A stretch of DNA of 64,000 nt from Neobacillus sp. (lineage in GTDB: Bacteria > Bacillota > Bacilli > Bacillales > Cytobacillaceae): positions 9,124 to 73,123 of the forward strand of contig JBFNER010000020.1 of NCBI GenBank assembly GCA_040797665.1. The letters run 5' to 3'. Within the stretch, counting starts at the first letter, position 1. Each line of letters begins with the position of its first letter. The notes beneath the pieces are model-generated. The model was not told the origin of the DNA. It ran no database searches and was given only the letters and a program-made list of their open reading frames with translations. Positions 52,824 through 64,000 of the stretch are shown here, in pieces. The translations under genes were made by a program, and so were the position numbers.

Positions 52824-53948
52824 ATGATGAAAGAAGAGCGAAAACGTATTTTGAAGATGGTGGAAGAAGGAAAGTTAACGGTAGATGAGGCATTAACCTT
52901 ACTGGAAGAGCTTGAAAAAGCAGAGCAAACCATGGATCAAAAACAGGAAAAGATTGCTCAGGAATTATCGACAGCCTTTAAGTTCGAAGAAGCAAAAAAA
53001 GAAGACAGCATGAATAGCAAGGTTCAATCGACTAAGGAAAAGATTTTTGATTTTGTCGATACCGCTTTGAAGAAAGTCAAAGATCTTGACCTTGATTTAA
53101 ACTTTGGAAAATCTGTGGAAATATCGCATATCTTCCAGCATGGTGACGTCTATCTGAAGGATATCGATATTGATTTAGCTAACGGCTCGTTGAAATTGAT
53201 CCCTTGGGACCAAAATGATGTCCGTATTGAATGTCAGGCGAAAGTATACCGAGTGGAAAACACTGAACAGGCAAGGCAAAACTTCTTGAAGGATATTTTG
53301 TTTGCGATTGAGGGTCAGAAGCTAAGGTTTATGACACAGCAAAAATGGATGAAGGTGGACGCACTTGTTTATCTTCCACAAGCAGAATATGAACGTGTTC
53401 GCGTCAGAATGTTTAACGGTCCTATTTCAGGTGAAGAATTAACCATAAGAGATCTACGTGTTAAAACAGCTAACGGGAAGATTGAATTTACCCGTTTAAA
53501 TGGAAAAAAGGCTGAAGTTGAAGCTGCCAATGGTCATATTACGATTAAGACTAGTGAGATTGATGACATTGAAGCGGAAACAATAAATGGTTCAATTAAG
53601 CTTGATGGTGATTTCAGAAAGGTAGAGACACAGACACTTAATGGGAACACTACCTGTAACCTGACTGGGAATCGGTGTGAAATGTTTGCAGCAAAGGCGA
53701 CAACTGGAGGAATCGATTTATTTATTTCAGATGATATTGCTGCCAGCGGTGAATTAAAAACGAATCTTGGCGGGTTCAATATAAAGCTGGATGGTATCCA
53801 AATCCTCGAGGAAAAGAGTGAGATGATTCAAAAGATGCTTCGGTTTCAATCTGTCAATCATCCTGAGCGGATGTTAAAGGTTTTTGCAGATACAAAGACG
53901 GGTTCGATTACTCTTCATAAACTTGATCATGAGAGCACTACGAAATAG
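52824..53948 (+). CDS. DUF4097 (YvlB-like) adhesin-like beta-helix protein with an N-terminal coiled helix
   Basis: ATG/ATG at 52824/52827 follow GAGGTGG. MMKEERKRILKMVEEGKLTVDEALTLLEELE. Repetitive NG.I....-type beta-strand repeats. The ORF-track start at 52749 overlaps the previous gene. Confidence 0.6.
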   Translation: MMKEERKRILKMVEEGKLTVDEALTLLEELEKAEQTMDQKQEKIAQELSTAFKFEEAKKEDSMNSKVQSTKEKIFDFVDTALKKVKDLDLDLNFGKSVEISHIFQHGDVYLKDIDIDLANGSLKLIPWDQNDVRIECQAKVYRVENTEQARQNFLKDILFAIEGQKLRFMTQQKWMKVDALVYLPQAEYERVRVRMFNGPISGEELTIRDLRVKTANGKIEFTRLNGKKAEVEAANGHITIKTSEIDDIEAETINGSIKLDGDFRKVETQTLNGNTTCNLTGNRCEMFAAKATTGGIDLFISDDIAASGELKTNLGGFNIKLDGIQILEEKSEMIQKMLRFQSVNHPERMLKVFADTKTGSITLHKLDHESTTK

Positions 53949-53960
53949 GAGAAGAAATAA

Positions 53961-54326
53961 ATGAGATGGCTAGCAGGTATTTTGATTAATGCAGTTTTGT
54001 TCATGGCGATAGCTGGATATTTCTCGGAAAGCTTTCATTTGACAGGATTTGGGGCAGCAATGGGTGCGAGCTTCTTACTGTCTATCTTGAATGTTTTGGT
54101 GCGCCCAATTCTTATCCTGTTTACGCTGCCGGCAACGATCTTTACCCTGGGATTGTTTCTATTTGTAATTAACGCCATCACGCTTGAGCTGACAGATTAT
54201 TTAATGGGTAGTTCGTTTGAAATTTCCAGCTTTGGAATGGCGTTATTTGTAGCGGTCCTTATGGCGTTCGTAAACTTAATTATTCAAAAAACCATTCTAG
54301 AGCCATCGAAGAAAAAAACAAGCTAA
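53961..54326 (+). CDS. Phage-holin-4_2 / DUF360 family membrane protein (YvlD-like)
   Basis: 121 aa, four TM segments, NVLVRPILILFTLPATIFTLGLFLFVINA motif. Confidence 0.7.
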   Translation: MRWLAGILINAVLFMAIAGYFSESFHLTGFGAAMGASFLLSILNVLVRPILILFTLPATIFTLGLFLFVINAITLELTDYLMGSSFEISSFGMALFVAVLMAFVNLIIQKTILEPSKKKTS

Positions 54327-54329
54327 TCA

Positions 54330-54361
54330 AAAAGCAACTGGACAATTCCAGTTGCTTTTTA
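54330..54361. terminator. Bidirectional terminator between convergent genes
   Basis: aaagcaactgg-acaatt-ccagttgcttt flanked by A-runs and T-runs. Confidence 0.8.
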
Positions 54362-55081
54362 TCTTTTCATAGTATGTGTGAAGCGGTAACGGTCGGCGCG
54401 AAAGGTTGATTTTACAAGTTCAAAAGGTGTTCCATCCTTTAGATAGGATATCCGGCTGATTAATAGAATAGGGTCTCCCTCTTCTATGGTAAGCGGCAGT
54501 GATTCACTAATGGTTGCAATCGAGGCTTCAATTTCTTGTGTTGCTTCACTAATAGAAAGGGAGAGGTTTTCTTCAATGTAATGGTAAAGAGACTGATTGC
54601 TATTATCCTCTGTAAGTCCAGGTACGAGATGAACTGGAATATAAGCCGTCTCAAGGGCCATTGGTTCACCATTGGCTAAACGAATTCGCTTGATTTTATA
54701 AATATCATGGTCTACATCAATTTTTAATTCATGGGCAGTTTTATGATCTGCTTGAATAATCTCAAAGGAAAGTAGTTTGCTGCTTGGTTCCAATCCTCTT
54801 GACAGCATATCCTCGGTAAAGCTGGTCATGCCTTGAAGTTCCTGTTCAACCTTTTTCTTATTGACAAACGTCCCCCGGCCTTTTTGACGTACTAAATAGC
54901 CTTCCATTACCAGGTTGTTAATGGCTTGTCGAACCGTCATTCGACTGATTTGATACCTTTCTGCGATTTCACGCTCGGAAGGAATGGCATCATCTTCTTT
55001 GAATACTCCGGTGTCTATTTGTTGCTTTAAATATTCCTCAAGCTGATAGTAGATGGGAACAGGTGAATGTTTATTAATCAT
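54359..55081 (-). CDS. nagR: GntR/HutC-family N-acetylglucosamine utilisation repressor
   Basis: N-terminal GntR wHTH (PSEREIAERYQISRMTVRQAINNL) plus a UTRA domain. Syntenic with nagA and nagB. Confidence 0.85.
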   Translation of the reverse strand: MINKHSPVPIYYQLEEYLKQQIDTGVFKEDDAIPSEREIAERYQISRMTVRQAINNLVMEGYLVRQKGRGTFVNKKKVEQELQGMTSFTEDMLSRGLEPSSKLLSFEIIQADHKTAHELKIDVDHDIYKIKRIRLANGEPMALETAYIPVHLVPGLTEDNSNQSLYHYIEENLSLSISEATQEIEASIATISESLPLTIEEGDPILLISRISYLKDGTPFELVKSTFRADRYRFTHTMKR

Positions 55082-55104
55082 TTTCCACTCTCCTCACGAA
55101 AACG

Positions 55105-55830
55105 CTATATTCTACTTAAAGCTTCCTTATCAGCGATAATCGTAACATTTTTGTGTTGTTTTAATGCTGATGCAGGGAAGTCCTCATGTATTTCTTCATT
55201 GATTAACTTATATAAGGCATCGGCTTTCGCTTCTCCTGATGCAAGGAGATAGATTTCTCTGCTATCCAGAATGGATGCAATCCCCATCGTAATTGCCTGC
55301 TTCGGTACTTCCTCTATAGAATTAAAAAAACGTGCATTCGCTTCACGAGTATTTTGCGCAAGAGTAACGACATGTGTACGGCTTTGAAAGGATGTACCAG
55401 GTTCATTAAATCCAATATGGCCATTTCTGCCAATCCCTAATAGCTGAAGGTCAACCCCGCCAATCTCCTTGATTAATTCCTCGTACCACTGACATTCAAA
55501 GAGTAAATCGGTAGCTGTTCCATCTGGCAGGTAGGTGTTTCTTTGATTAATATTAATGTGATCGAAGAAATTCATCCGCATAAAAGAGTGATAACTATTA
55601 TGGTCATTAGCAGGGAGGCCGGTATACTCATCTAAATTTACGGATTTTACCTGTTGATAAGAGGTTTGGTTTCTTCGGTAATCATCTATTAAATATTCGT
55701 ATACCCCTTTTGGAGTGCTCCCAGTTGCTAATCCAAGAGTAATGGAAGGGTTCGAGCGGATTCTTTCTGCCAATAGCTTTCCGGCCTGCAAACTCATGTC
55801 TGCATAATTTTCAACGTGAATAATTCTCAT
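55105..55830 (-). CDS. nagB: Glucosamine-6-phosphate deaminase
   Basis: MRIIHVENY follows AAAGGAGGG. LGLATGSTP, LLGIGRNGHIGFNEPG. Confidence 0.92.
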   Translation of the reverse strand: MRIIHVENYADMSLQAGKLLAERIRSNPSITLGLATGSTPKGVYEYLIDDYRRNQTSYQQVKSVNLDEYTGLPANDHNSYHSFMRMNFFDHININQRNTYLPDGTATDLLFECQWYEELIKEIGGVDLQLLGIGRNGHIGFNEPGTSFQSRTHVVTLAQNTREANARFFNSIEEVPKQAITMGIASILDSREIYLLASGEAKADALYKLINEEIHEDFPASALKQHKNVTIIADKEALSRI

Positions 55831-55831
55831 A

Positions 55832-57022
55832 CTATTCCCTCCTTTTGTAAGCAATTTCTCCGCGGCATAGAGTCAAATCTACTCGGTAATTATTGGATAA
55901 TACGGTTAAATCTGCATCCTTGCCTTCGGTAATACTGCCTTTTCGGTCGTACACATTTAATTGTTTAGCAGGATTGACACACGCCATCTGGATGGCGTCC
56001 TGTAAGGTGACGTCCGCTGCTTCGATAATGTTTTCAATGGAATCATTCATTTTTAGAATACTTCCCGCTAAGGTTCCATCGGCTAATAGAGCCTTGCCAT
56101 CCGCCACCGAAACGTCTTGTCCGCCTAAATCGTAGATACCATTCTTTAAGCATTTCGCTCGCATTGCATCCGTTATAAGGATCATTCCCTCAGTCCCTTT
56201 TGCTTGAATGACTAATTTCATGACTTCAGGACGGACATGGATTTTGTCAGCGATCAGCTCGACCATTAATTCTTTGAAAAGTAGAGCTGACCCAGCAACT
56301 CCCGGCTCACGATGGTGAAGACCTCTCATTCCATTAAATAAATGAGTAACCTGTTTTGCACCCGCTTGTACAGCCTGCTCCATCTCTTCGTATATTGCGT
56401 CAGAATGCCCAATAGAGGCAATTACTCCTGTATCATGCAGGTATCGAATAAAGGCTGTCCCACTTTCCAATTCAGGTGCAACGGTAACTAATTTAATTGT
56501 TCCGTTAGCTTTGGTCTGCCATTCTTTAAATAGGTCTAGATTCGGGTCGATAATGTATTCCTTCGGCTGTGCTCCAGCCCGCTTACTATTGATAAAGGGT
56601 CCTTCTAAGTGAACCCCGAGTACCTCGGCTTTTCCAAATCCATTCGAGTGTTTTTGATAATCGGCTGCATTTTCTAAGGCTCGCTCAATGTTTGCATGTT
56701 TTTGGGTAATGGTTGTAGCTAAAAAGCTGGTTGTTCCTTCTGCAGGCAAGGCTTTTGCCATCGTATCCAGTGACTCAATGGTAGCATCCATTGTATCAGC
56801 ACCTGCTGCTCCATGAATATGAACATCAATAAATCCTGGCGCTAGTATTTGATCAGGCCCCAGCTCAATGGTATTGATTGATTTCAAGTGTGAAGGAATA
56901 CTCTCTAAAGGACCAAAGGTGTGAATTTTTCCATCCTTGATAAAAATATAAATAGATTCTGCAATCTTTGTTTCTAAAACTGCCTTTCCATGAACCAATA
57001 ATAGTAGGCTCATTTCCTTCAA
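55832..57022 (-). CDS. nagA: N-acetylglucosamine-6-phosphate deacetylase
   Basis: GFIDVHIHGAAG, HLEGPF, TVAPE, HSDA and THLFNGM motifs. 396 aa. Confidence 0.92.
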   Translation of the reverse strand: MKEMSLLLLVHGKAVLETKIAESIYIFIKDGKIHTFGPLESIPSHLKSINTIELGPDQILAPGFIDVHIHGAAGADTMDATIESLDTMAKALPAEGTTSFLATTITQKHANIERALENAADYQKHSNGFGKAEVLGVHLEGPFINSKRAGAQPKEYIIDPNLDLFKEWQTKANGTIKLVTVAPELESGTAFIRYLHDTGVIASIGHSDAIYEEMEQAVQAGAKQVTHLFNGMRGLHHREPGVAGSALLFKELMVELIADKIHVRPEVMKLVIQAKGTEGMILITDAMRAKCLKNGIYDLGGQDVSVADGKALLADGTLAGSILKMNDSIENIIEAADVTLQDAIQMACVNPAKQLNVYDRKGSITEGKDADLTVLSNNYRVDLTLCRGEIAYKRRE

Positions 57023-57072
57023 CTCCGTTTCGGTTGTTCTGTCATTAATTTTATTATAATCTCATGTGGAAT

Positions 57073-57088
57073 AGTTGTCTATACCACT
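57073..57088. promoter_or_regulatory. NagR/DasR-type dre operator upstream of nagA
   Basis: AGTTGTCTATACCACT versus ACTGGTCTAGACCACT (13/16). It lies 51 nt upstream of the nagA start. Confidence 0.5.
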
Positions 57089-57294
57089 AACCCATTCTAT
57101 TCTAGTTTATTTTTCCTTAATCATAAGATTGTATGAAATTGAACAACTATAGTTTTGTGATGATTTTTAAATAATGCTAAAATAAGAGGAATGGAAAATA
57201 CACATTAAAAACTTTATTACTGTTTAGTGTCAGCTTGCAGGCTTTTATTTAAAGTCAATCTTACTTTCGCTTAACCAGTAAAGGAGGAACCCCC

Positions 57295-58230
57295 TTGCCA
57301 AAAGTACGCACCAAGGATATTTATGAGAAATTTAATTTAGAGCTAATTAGCGGTGAAGAGGGTATCGACCGCCCGATTACAATGAGTGATATTTCAAGGC
57401 CTGGAATTGAACTGGCTGGCTATTTTGAATTTTATCCAGCTGAGCGAATTCAGCTATTGGGCAAAACAGAGCTATCCTTTTTTCATGAATTATCTGCCAA
57501 CGAACGCCAAGCAAGAATGGAAAGATTATGTACCGATATTACACCAGCTATTATCATTACAAGGGGCCTGGATGTTCCACCGGAATTAATTGAGGCTTCA
57601 GAACGTGAATCGGTTCCTGTTCTTCGCTCGAGTATGAAGACAACCCGTTTCTCCAGCCGTCTGACTAATTTTCTTGAAAGTAAGCTTGCACCGACAACTG
57701 CTGTTCATGGAGTTTTAGTCGATATATATGGTATCGGTGTCCTTATTACCGGAAAAAGCGGCGTTGGTAAAAGTGAAACCGCACTGGAGCTAGTAAAGCG
57801 CGGACATCGTCTAGTGGCGGATGATTGTGTCGAGATTCGCCAAGAGGACCAAGATACATTGGTAGGAACATCGCCAGATTTAATTGAGCATTTACTAGAA
57901 ATTCGTGGTCTTGGTATTATCAATGTCATGACTTTATTTGGAGCAGGAGCAGTTCGCAGTAATAAGCGGATTACACTTGTGATGAACTTAGAGTTATGGG
58001 ATGCACAAAAACAGTATGACCGCCTCGGTTTAGATGAAGAAAAGATGAAGATTATCGATACAGAGATTACAAAAATCACGATCCCGGTACGTCCTGGACG
58101 AAACTTAGCCGTAATCATTGAAGTAGCTGCCATGAATTATCGTCTAAAGCGAATGGGCGTAAACGCAGCACAGCAATTTACTGAGCGTCTTTCAGATGTC
58201 ATTGAAGACGGAGAGCATGATGATAATTAA
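57295..58230 (+). CDS. hprK: HPr kinase/phosphorylase
   Basis: TTG follows AAAGGAGG. Near-identical blocks to B. subtilis HprK ([36 protein letters not shown]). Confidence 0.95.
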   Translation: MPKVRTKDIYEKFNLELISGEEGIDRPITMSDISRPGIELAGYFEFYPAERIQLLGKTELSFFHELSANERQARMERLCTDITPAIIITRGLDVPPELIEASERESVPVLRSSMKTTRFSSRLTNFLESKLAPTTAVHGVLVDIYGIGVLITGKSGVGKSETALELVKRGHRLVADDCVEIRQEDQDTLVGTSPDLIEHLLEIRGLGIINVMTLFGAGAVRSNKRITLVMNLELWDAQKQYDRLGLDEEKMKIIDTEITKITIPVRPGRNLAVIIEVAAMNYRLKRMGVNAAQQFTERLSDVIEDGEHDDN

Positions 58231-58248
58231 GATTAAGGAGATTTTACA

Positions 58249-59079
58249 ATGAATGAAACGATACAGCCATTAGATCCAATAGCCTTTGCTCTTGGACCGA
58301 TTCAAGTTCACTGGTACGGTCTTATTATCGGCTCAGGTCTTGCACTTGCTCTTTTCCTTGCGATAAGGGAAGGAGATAAAAGGGGTCTTCCAAAGGATAC
58401 CTTTGCAGATTTAATGCTTTGGGCGATTCCGATCGCTATCATCTCTGCCCGAATCTATTATGTCATTTTTGAATGGGAATATTATGCCAGTCATCCAGGA
58501 CAGATTTTTCAGATTTGGAACGGCGGTATTGCCATTCATGGAGCCTTGATAGGTTCTGTTGCAACTGCCTATATTTTTGCGAAGAAACGCGGGATTTCTT
58601 TTTGGAAGATTGCGGATATTGCCGCACCAAGTATTATTTTAGGCCAAGCCATTGGCCGTTGGGGAAACTTTATGAACCAAGAAGCACATGGCGGAGAAGT
58701 CACGAGAGCATTCCTTGAAAACTTGTATTTGCCTGAGTTTATTATCAATCAAATGTATATAAACGGAACCTACTATCATCCAACGTTCTTATATGAGTCC
58801 ATTTGGAACTTTGCTGGATTTGCCCTTTTGATTGCGCTTCGTCGTGTAAACCTGCGTCGTGGTGAACTCTTCCTGACCTATGTGATCTGGTATTCGATCG
58901 GCCGGTTCTTCGTAGAAGGCATGAGAACGGACAGCTTAATGTTAGGAAGCCTTCGTATGGCACAATCGATTTCAATCGCATTGATTATTGGTGCCGTTGT
59001 GATTCTTCTCTACCGCAGGAAGAAGCGGCTGGCAGAAGACAGATACCAAGATAAAAACAATCAAGCTTTAACGCATTAA
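58249..59079 (+). CDS. lgt: Prolipoprotein diacylglyceryl transferase
   Basis: [37 protein letters not shown]. Confidence 0.95.
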   Translation: MNETIQPLDPIAFALGPIQVHWYGLIIGSGLALALFLAIREGDKRGLPKDTFADLMLWAIPIAIISARIYYVIFEWEYYASHPGQIFQIWNGGIAIHGALIGSVATAYIFAKKRGISFWKIADIAAPSIILGQAIGRWGNFMNQEAHGGEVTRAFLENLYLPEFIINQMYINGTYYHPTFLYESIWNFAGFALLIALRRVNLRRGELFLTYVIWYSIGRFFVEGMRTDSLMLGSLRMAQSISIALIIGAVVILLYRRKKRLAEDRYQDKNNQALTH

Positions 59080-59095
59080 AAAGGAGATTGGAGAA

Positions 59096-60043
59096 ATGTT
59101 GCTTAACTCGATGAAAAAGGGTTTACAGGTGGGCTTGAAAACAACATGGACATTGGGGAAAATCATTTTTCCAGTTACACTTATTGTCGCTATACTGCAA
59201 TACACACCGGTCTTACCATGGCTAATAGAACTGATTACACCACTAATGAAATTGCTGGGCTTGTCTGGTGATGCTGCGATTCCGCTTGTTTTGGGGACAT
59301 TCCTCAACCTCTATGCAGCAATAGGGGCCATTCTGACACTTGATTTTACTGTAAAAGAAGTATTCATTTTAGCAGTTATGCTATCATTTTCACATAATTT
59401 GATTATTGAATCGACCGTTGCCCTAAAGGTCGGAGTCAAGCTTTGGATTATTCTTTTAACAAGACTGGGGCTTGCTTTTGTCTCGGCTATTGTCATTCAT
59501 CTAGTTTGGCAGGGCGGCAGTGAAACGGCGAAATATGGATTCATTTCGGTTGAGGCTGAACAAGTTACTGGTCTAGGTGCAATCCTTCTAGCCGCAATTG
59601 AAAAGGCTGGGCTTGGAATATTCCAGCTTGCACTAATTGTCATTCCACTCATGATCGTGATTCAATTTTTAAAAGATCTTCAATGGCTGCAAAAGTTCTC
59701 TGTGATGATGTCGCCGATCACAAGGTCCCTTGGAATGCATGAGAACACATCAACAACGATGGCTGCTGGATTATTATTTGGTCTTGCATACGGGGCAGGT
59801 GTTATGATCCAAGCCGTGAAAGAAGATGGTGTCAGCAAGAAGGATTTAACCCTGGCGTTTATTTTTCTAGTGGCCTGTCATGCTGTAGTAGAAGACACAC
59901 TGATCTTTATACCTCTTGGAATTCCAGTCTGGCCGCTGTTACTCATTCGAGTAGGCGTAGCCATTATGTTGACGATGATTGTTGGTTTCATCTGGAAACG
60001 GTCTGGGTTTATTAGCAGAAAGGAAACAACGTATGAACAATAA
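59096..60043 (+). CDS. yvoD: Nucleoside-recognition-domain membrane protein (YvoD-like)
   Basis: Polytopic, 315 aa. Syntenic between lgt and ppaX. Confidence 0.7.
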   Translation: MLLNSMKKGLQVGLKTTWTLGKIIFPVTLIVAILQYTPVLPWLIELITPLMKLLGLSGDAAIPLVLGTFLNLYAAIGAILTLDFTVKEVFILAVMLSFSHNLIIESTVALKVGVKLWIILLTRLGLAFVSAIVIHLVWQGGSETAKYGFISVEAEQVTGLGAILLAAIEKAGLGIFQLALIVIPLMIVIQFLKDLQWLQKFSVMMSPITRSLGMHENTSTTMAAGLLFGLAYGAGVMIQAVKEDGVSKKDLTLAFIFLVACHAVVEDTLIFIPLGIPVWPLLLIRVGVAIMLTMIVGFIWKRSGFISRKETTYEQ

Positions 60044-60680
60044 CATCAATACTATATTATTTGATTTAGACGGGACATTAATTGATACGAATGAGTTAAT
60101 TATTTCTACCTATTTGCACACACTTGATAAATACTTCCCAGGGCAATATGTCAGGGAGGATGTTCTACCCTTCTTAGGACCAACGCTTCATGAGGTTTTT
60201 GGAAACATGGATCCTGAAAAAGTTGAGGAAATGGTGCTTGATTACCGTACCTTCAATCTGGCCAATCATGATGCACTTGTGAAAGAGTTTGAAGGCGTTA
60301 TTGAAACTGTTGAGATTTTAAAGGATAAGGGCTATAAACTGGCAATTGTCACCACAAAACGTGAGGATGTTGCCTTAAAAGGCCTTCGTCTGATGAATCT
60401 TGATCAATTTTTTGATGTGGTCGTTGCCTATGACCATGTGAAAAAAGTAAAGCCAGATCCTGAGCCAATTCTATTAGCGCTTGAGCAGCTAAATGCCAAG
60501 CCTGAAGAAGCGATGATGGTTGGGGATAACTTCCATGATATTCTGGCAGGAAAAAATGCAGGAACGAAAACAGTGGGGGTTGCTTGGAGTATTAAAGGAA
60601 GAGAATATATTGCAAAATATGAACCTGACTACATCCTTGAGACAATGCCTGACCTTTTAAAGGTTCTTGGAGAGGAATAG
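60033..60680 (+). CDS. ppaX: HAD-family pyrophosphatase PpaX
   Basis: [16 protein letters not shown] (DxDGT), VTTK, GDNFHD. The start overlaps the yvoD end. The ORF track begins 54 nt earlier. Confidence 0.85.
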   Translation: MNNNINTILFDLDGTLIDTNELIISTYLHTLDKYFPGQYVREDVLPFLGPTLHEVFGNMDPEKVEEMVLDYRTFNLANHDALVKEFEGVIETVEILKDKGYKLAIVTTKREDVALKGLRLMNLDQFFDVVVAYDHVKKVKPDPEPILLALEQLNAKPEEAMMVGDNFHDILAGKNAGTKTVGVAWSIKGREYIAKYEPDYILETMPDLLKVLGEE

Positions 60681-60682
60681 AA

Positions 60683-61222
60683 ATGAGAAACACGACCCGC
60701 TATCCTGTTGAAGGAGCAAACTCCTTATGGCATGTTTATAAAACCGTACCATTTTGGAAGGTAGTTAAAAACTTTATTGTCATACAGTTAGCACGATACA
60801 CTCCGTTTCTCGGAATGAAGAACTGGCTTTACCGGACGTTCTTAGGTGTTAAGGTTGGCGACCAAACGAGCTTTGCTCTAATGGTCATGCTGGATGTGAT
60901 GTTTCCTGAGAAAATCAGCGTCGGCCGTAATACGGTTATTGGCTATAACACCACGCTGCTTGCTCACGAATATTTAATTAAAGAATATCGTCTCGGAGCG
61001 ATTGAAATTGGTAGTGAAGTGATGATAGGTGCTAATTCCACCGTTCTCCCAGGTGTAAAAATTGGTGACGGTGCGATCGTATCTGCAGGCACACTTGTTC
61101 ATAAAGATGTTCCTGCAGGTTCCTTTGTCGGAGGCAATCCAATGAGAGTCATCTACACAAAAGAAGAAATGGAACAACGCTGGGCAAACGACCCGATTTA
61201 TGGAAAAACAATTAATAAATAG
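60683..61222 (+). CDS. yvoF: Hexapeptide-repeat O-acetyltransferase (YvoF-like)
   Basis: Left-handed beta-helix repeats (IGSEVMIGANSTVLPGVKIGDGAIVSAGTLV). Syntenic. Confidence 0.8.
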   Translation: MRNTTRYPVEGANSLWHVYKTVPFWKVVKNFIVIQLARYTPFLGMKNWLYRTFLGVKVGDQTSFALMVMLDVMFPEKISVGRNTVIGYNTTLLAHEYLIKEYRLGAIEIGSEVMIGANSTVLPGVKIGDGAIVSAGTLVHKDVPAGSFVGGNPMRVIYTKEEMEQRWANDPIYGKTINK

Positions 61223-61225
61223 AAG

Positions 61226-61252
61226 AAGCCTGGCTTTGTACCAGGCTTTTTG
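61226..61252 (+). terminator. Rho-independent terminator
   Basis: aagcctgg-ctttgta-ccaggctt followed by TTT. Confidence 0.85.
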
Positions 61253-61400
61253 CTTATATGTAAGTTGGTTATGATTGGTTTTTTGTAAAATCTCTGAGAC
61301 TTTGGTTGACGAAAATTTCCCAAACTAGTAAACTTTAATTTATTAGCATATTAGCGAACTAAAGGATTTTTAAGGATTCTGAAAATAAAGGGTGGTTTGA

Positions 61401-62567
61401 ATGAGCCGATTGTTTATGTTTGAAAAACCATTAGGCATGAGAGATACACTTCCAGAGTTATATGAAAAAAAGCATCGCGTTCGTTCATTAATGGAAGATG
61501 CGATTAAGGCTTGGGGTTATCAATTTATCGAGACACCGACTTTAGAATATTACGAAACCGTTGGTGCAGCATCCGCTATCCTTGATCAGGAGCTGTTTAA
61601 ACTACTTGATAAGGATGGACACACACTTGTGCTTAGGCCGGATATGACCGCACCGATTGCCAGGGTTGCAGCATCTAAATTACTTGAAGAGGATTCACCC
61701 CTTCGTCTCGCCTATTCCGGAAACGTCTACCGGGCTCAGCAGCGTGAAGGTGGGAGACCGGCAGAGTTTGAGCAAATTGGTGTAGAGTATATGAATGATG
61801 ACACGGTAACGAGTGATGGCGAGGCAATCGCTCTGTTAGTCTCTTCTTTAAAAAAAGCAGGACTAAGTAAATTTCAAGTATCAGTAGGGCATATCGGCTT
61901 TGCACAGGAATTGTTTATGCAAATTCTAGGGACAAATGGACGTGCGAATGCATTGAGACGCTTTTTATATGAAAAGAATTTTGTCGGCTATCGTGAACAA
62001 GTGAATTCTTACAGTCTTTCTTCGATTGATAAACAACGACTTCTGCAGCTGCTTGAACTAAGAGGCGGAGAAGAAGTGATCGGCAAGGCGCTCGATATCA
62101 TCGAGGATGGAAAAGGCAGGCAGGCGCTTCTCCAGCTAAAAGAATTATCTGAGGTCATTGATGACTACGGAGTAAAGGACTTTGTCAAATTCGATTTTAC
62201 GATTGTGAGTCACATGAGCTATTATTCCGGTATTTTATTTGAGGTCTATGCTGGCAATGTCGGATTTCCTATTGGGAATGGCGGACGCTATGGGTTATTG
62301 GAAAAGTTCGGTAAACAAGCAAGCGCCACTGGGTTTGCGGTGAGGCTTGACAAATTATTAGAAGCACTCGGGGATATGGGTACGAAAGAGGAAGTCGAGT
62401 GTATTTTTTTCAGCCAGGAAAGACGAAAGGAAGCCTTTCAATTAGCTGAGAAAATGAAAATGGACGGAAAGAAAACAATCTTACAAGATATTAACGGTGT
62501 GAAAAACCTTGATACTTATACGAAAAAGTTTGCCAATACGACCTTTCTGATCGGAGGGGCACAATGA
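61401..62567 (+). CDS. hisZ: ATP phosphoribosyltransferase regulatory subunit
   Basis: HisRS-like fold without an anticodon domain ([20 protein letters not shown]). Overlaps hisG. Confidence 0.92.
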   Translation: MSRLFMFEKPLGMRDTLPELYEKKHRVRSLMEDAIKAWGYQFIETPTLEYYETVGAASAILDQELFKLLDKDGHTLVLRPDMTAPIARVAASKLLEEDSPLRLAYSGNVYRAQQREGGRPAEFEQIGVEYMNDDTVTSDGEAIALLVSSLKKAGLSKFQVSVGHIGFAQELFMQILGTNGRANALRRFLYEKNFVGYREQVNSYSLSSIDKQRLLQLLELRGGEEVIGKALDIIEDGKGRQALLQLKELSEVIDDYGVKDFVKFDFTIVSHMSYYSGILFEVYAGNVGFPIGNGGRYGLLEKFGKQASATGFAVRLDKLLEALGDMGTKEEVECIFFSQERRKEAFQLAEKMKMDGKKTILQDINGVKNLDTYTKKFANTTFLIGGAQ

Positions 62568-63202
62568 TGAATGATAAGTTAACGATTGCGATGCCGAAGG
62601 GTAGAATATTTGAAGAAGCAGCAGAATTGTTACGTAAGGCAGAGTACAAACTGCCTCCAGAATTTGATGAAAACCGAAAATTAATCATTGATGTTGAAGC
62701 AGAGAATCTTCGTTTTATTTTGGCCAAGCCAATGGATGTTGCTACATATGTGGAGCACGGCGTTGCGGATGTAGGAATTGCGGGAAAAGATGTTTTACTC
62801 GAGGAAGAACGCAATGTATATGAACTTCTCGACCTAAAAATCAGCGAATGTTACTTAGCGGTCGCTGGTTTGCCAGGAACAAAAATGAACGATGTTGCAC
62901 CTAAGGTAGCGACGAAATACCCCAATGTGGCTGCAGCGTATTTCCGCCAGCAAGGGGAGCAGGTAGAAATCATAAAGCTAAATGGGTCAATAGAACTTGC
63001 CCCATTGATTGGCTTATCTGACCGTATTGTTGATATTGTTTCAACGGGAAGAACATTGGTGGAAAATGGTCTCGTTGAGTTTGAAAGAATAACAGATGTG
63101 ACGTCACGATTGATTGTGAACCCTGTTAGCTATCGGATAAAAGATTCCCGTATCAATGAGCTCGTCAAAAGATTGAGTGAAGTGGTACAGTTGGAGGGGT
63201 AA
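62564..63202 (+). CDS. hisG: ATP phosphoribosyltransferase, short form
   Basis: [28 protein letters not shown]. 212 aa. Confidence 0.95.
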   Translation: MMNDKLTIAMPKGRIFEEAAELLRKAEYKLPPEFDENRKLIIDVEAENLRFILAKPMDVATYVEHGVADVGIAGKDVLLEEERNVYELLDLKISECYLAVAGLPGTKMNDVAPKVATKYPNVAAAYFRQQGEQVEIIKLNGSIELAPLIGLSDRIVDIVSTGRTLVENGLVEFERITDVTSRLIVNPVSYRIKDSRINELVKRLSEVVQLEG

Positions 63203-63205
63203 TAA

Positions 63206-64000
63206 ATGAAAATTTTGAATGTTAGTGACCAACGATCCATTAAACGCTCAGTCGAATCAGGGACATCAGAACAGACTTCCACTGTGAAAGCGATTATTGC
63301 TGATCTTCGTTCACGCGGAGATGTAGCATTAAGAGAGTACACAGAGAAATTTGACCGAGTTAGCTTGAAATCCTTTGAGGTAACGGAAGAGGAAATTAAT
63401 CGCGCATACAAGCAGATGGACGCCGAATTTATTGAAATCGTTCGAGAAGCCACGGAAAATATTCGAAGCTTTCATGAAAAACAACTCCGTCCATCATGGA
63501 TGACTACAGAAGAGAACGGGACGATATTAGGGCAAAAGATGACTCCGCTTGATTCGGTTGGCGTATATGTTCCAGGCGGGACGGCTGCATACCCGTCATC
63601 GGTTCTTATGAATGTTATTCCTGCGAAAGTGGCTGGTGTAGAAAGAATCGTGATGGTGTCACCTCCAGATCAATCTGGAAGTCTTCCAGCTGCTGTACTG
63701 GTTGCAGCAAAGGAAGCAGGGGTTAAAGAAATTTATAAAATTGGCGGGGCCCAGGCGATTGCAGCGTTAGCATATGGAACAGAAACCATTGCCTCTGTTG
63801 ATAAGATTACCGGTCCAGGAAATATCTATGTGGCATTAGCAAAACGCGAGGTTTTCGGTGATGTCGATATCGATATGATTGCTGGCCCGAGTGAGATTGC
63901 CATCATTGCTGACAATTCAGCAAGGGCGGATGAAGTGGCAGCAGACTTGTTGTCCCAAGCCGAGCACGATCCGCGTGCCTGCAGCGTCTTAGTTACACCT
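63206..64000 (+). CDS. hisD: Histidinol dehydrogenase, N-terminal 265 codons (3' end lies outside the window)
   Basis: [28 protein letters not shown]. Confidence 0.95.
   Translation, partial: MKILNVSDQRSIKRSVESGTSEQTSTVKAIIADLRSRGDVALREYTEKFDRVSLKSFEVTEEEINRAYKQMDAEFIEIVREATENIRSFHEKQLRPSWMTTEENGTILGQKMTPLDSVGVYVPGGTAAYPSSVLMNVIPAKVAGVERIVMVSPPDQSGSLPAAVLVAAKEAGVKEIYKIGGAQAIAALAYGTETIASVDKITGPGNIYVALAKREVFGDVDIDMIAGPSEIAIIADNSARADEVAADLLSQAEHDPRACSVLVTP

Noticed and set aside
53948-53961. Absence of a yvlC (PspC-domain) gene between the yvlB-like and yvlD-like genes as a possible deletion scar.
   Set aside because: Only 12 nt separate the genes and there is no remnant ORF or repeat. This is simple lineage variation and not worth flagging.
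1-64000. Searched by eye for integrases, transposases, IS inverted repeats, tRNA/rRNA genes, CRISPR arrays and toxin-antitoxin or defence-type genes flanking the accessory blocks.
   Set aside because: None recognised. The accessory regions therefore cannot be called mobile elements from this window alone.

Overview
This is a Bacillaceae-type chromosomal segment. Its backbone is syntenic with the B. subtilis prfB - yvjA - cccB - ftsEX - ctpB - minJ ... csbA - uvrBA ... nagR/nagB/nagA - hprK - lgt - yvoD - ppaX - yvoF - hisZGD region. Most backbone genes can be named from motifs and gene order, including prfB with its canonical +1 frameshift.

Two stretches are not backbone.

(1) Bases 1-7210, directly upstream of prfB. 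This holds an NHL-repeat propeller gene followed by three separately terminated genes for secreted or anchored multihaem c-type cytochromes with 6, 9 and 8 CxxCH motifs (23 in total). The hexahaem has a motif order and flanks that recall the Geobacter OmcS nanowire cytochrome. The other two carry Ig-like stalks. I read this as a candidate Gram-positive extracellular electron-transfer locus and it is the main finding.

(2) About 28 kb between minJ and csbA (16.5-45 kb), containing:
- a two-component system;
- an unexplained lipoprotein plus small sulfite-reductase-like FeS gene pair;
- a His/Glu-rich anchored protein translationally coupled to a membrane polyferredoxin;
- an MFS transporter;
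- a gerB-A-C germinant receptor operon whose C gene has an in-frame TAG;
- a metal block: cadC-cadA (in-frame TGA exactly at the first Cys of the CxxC motif), a methyltransferase, czcD, and two Zur-box-controlled uptake systems;
- a 960-aa wall-bound protein with a duplicated propeller-like module.

I found no rRNA, tRNA, CRISPR array, IS element or prophage genes. All homology statements come from reading motifs by eye. No searches were run.
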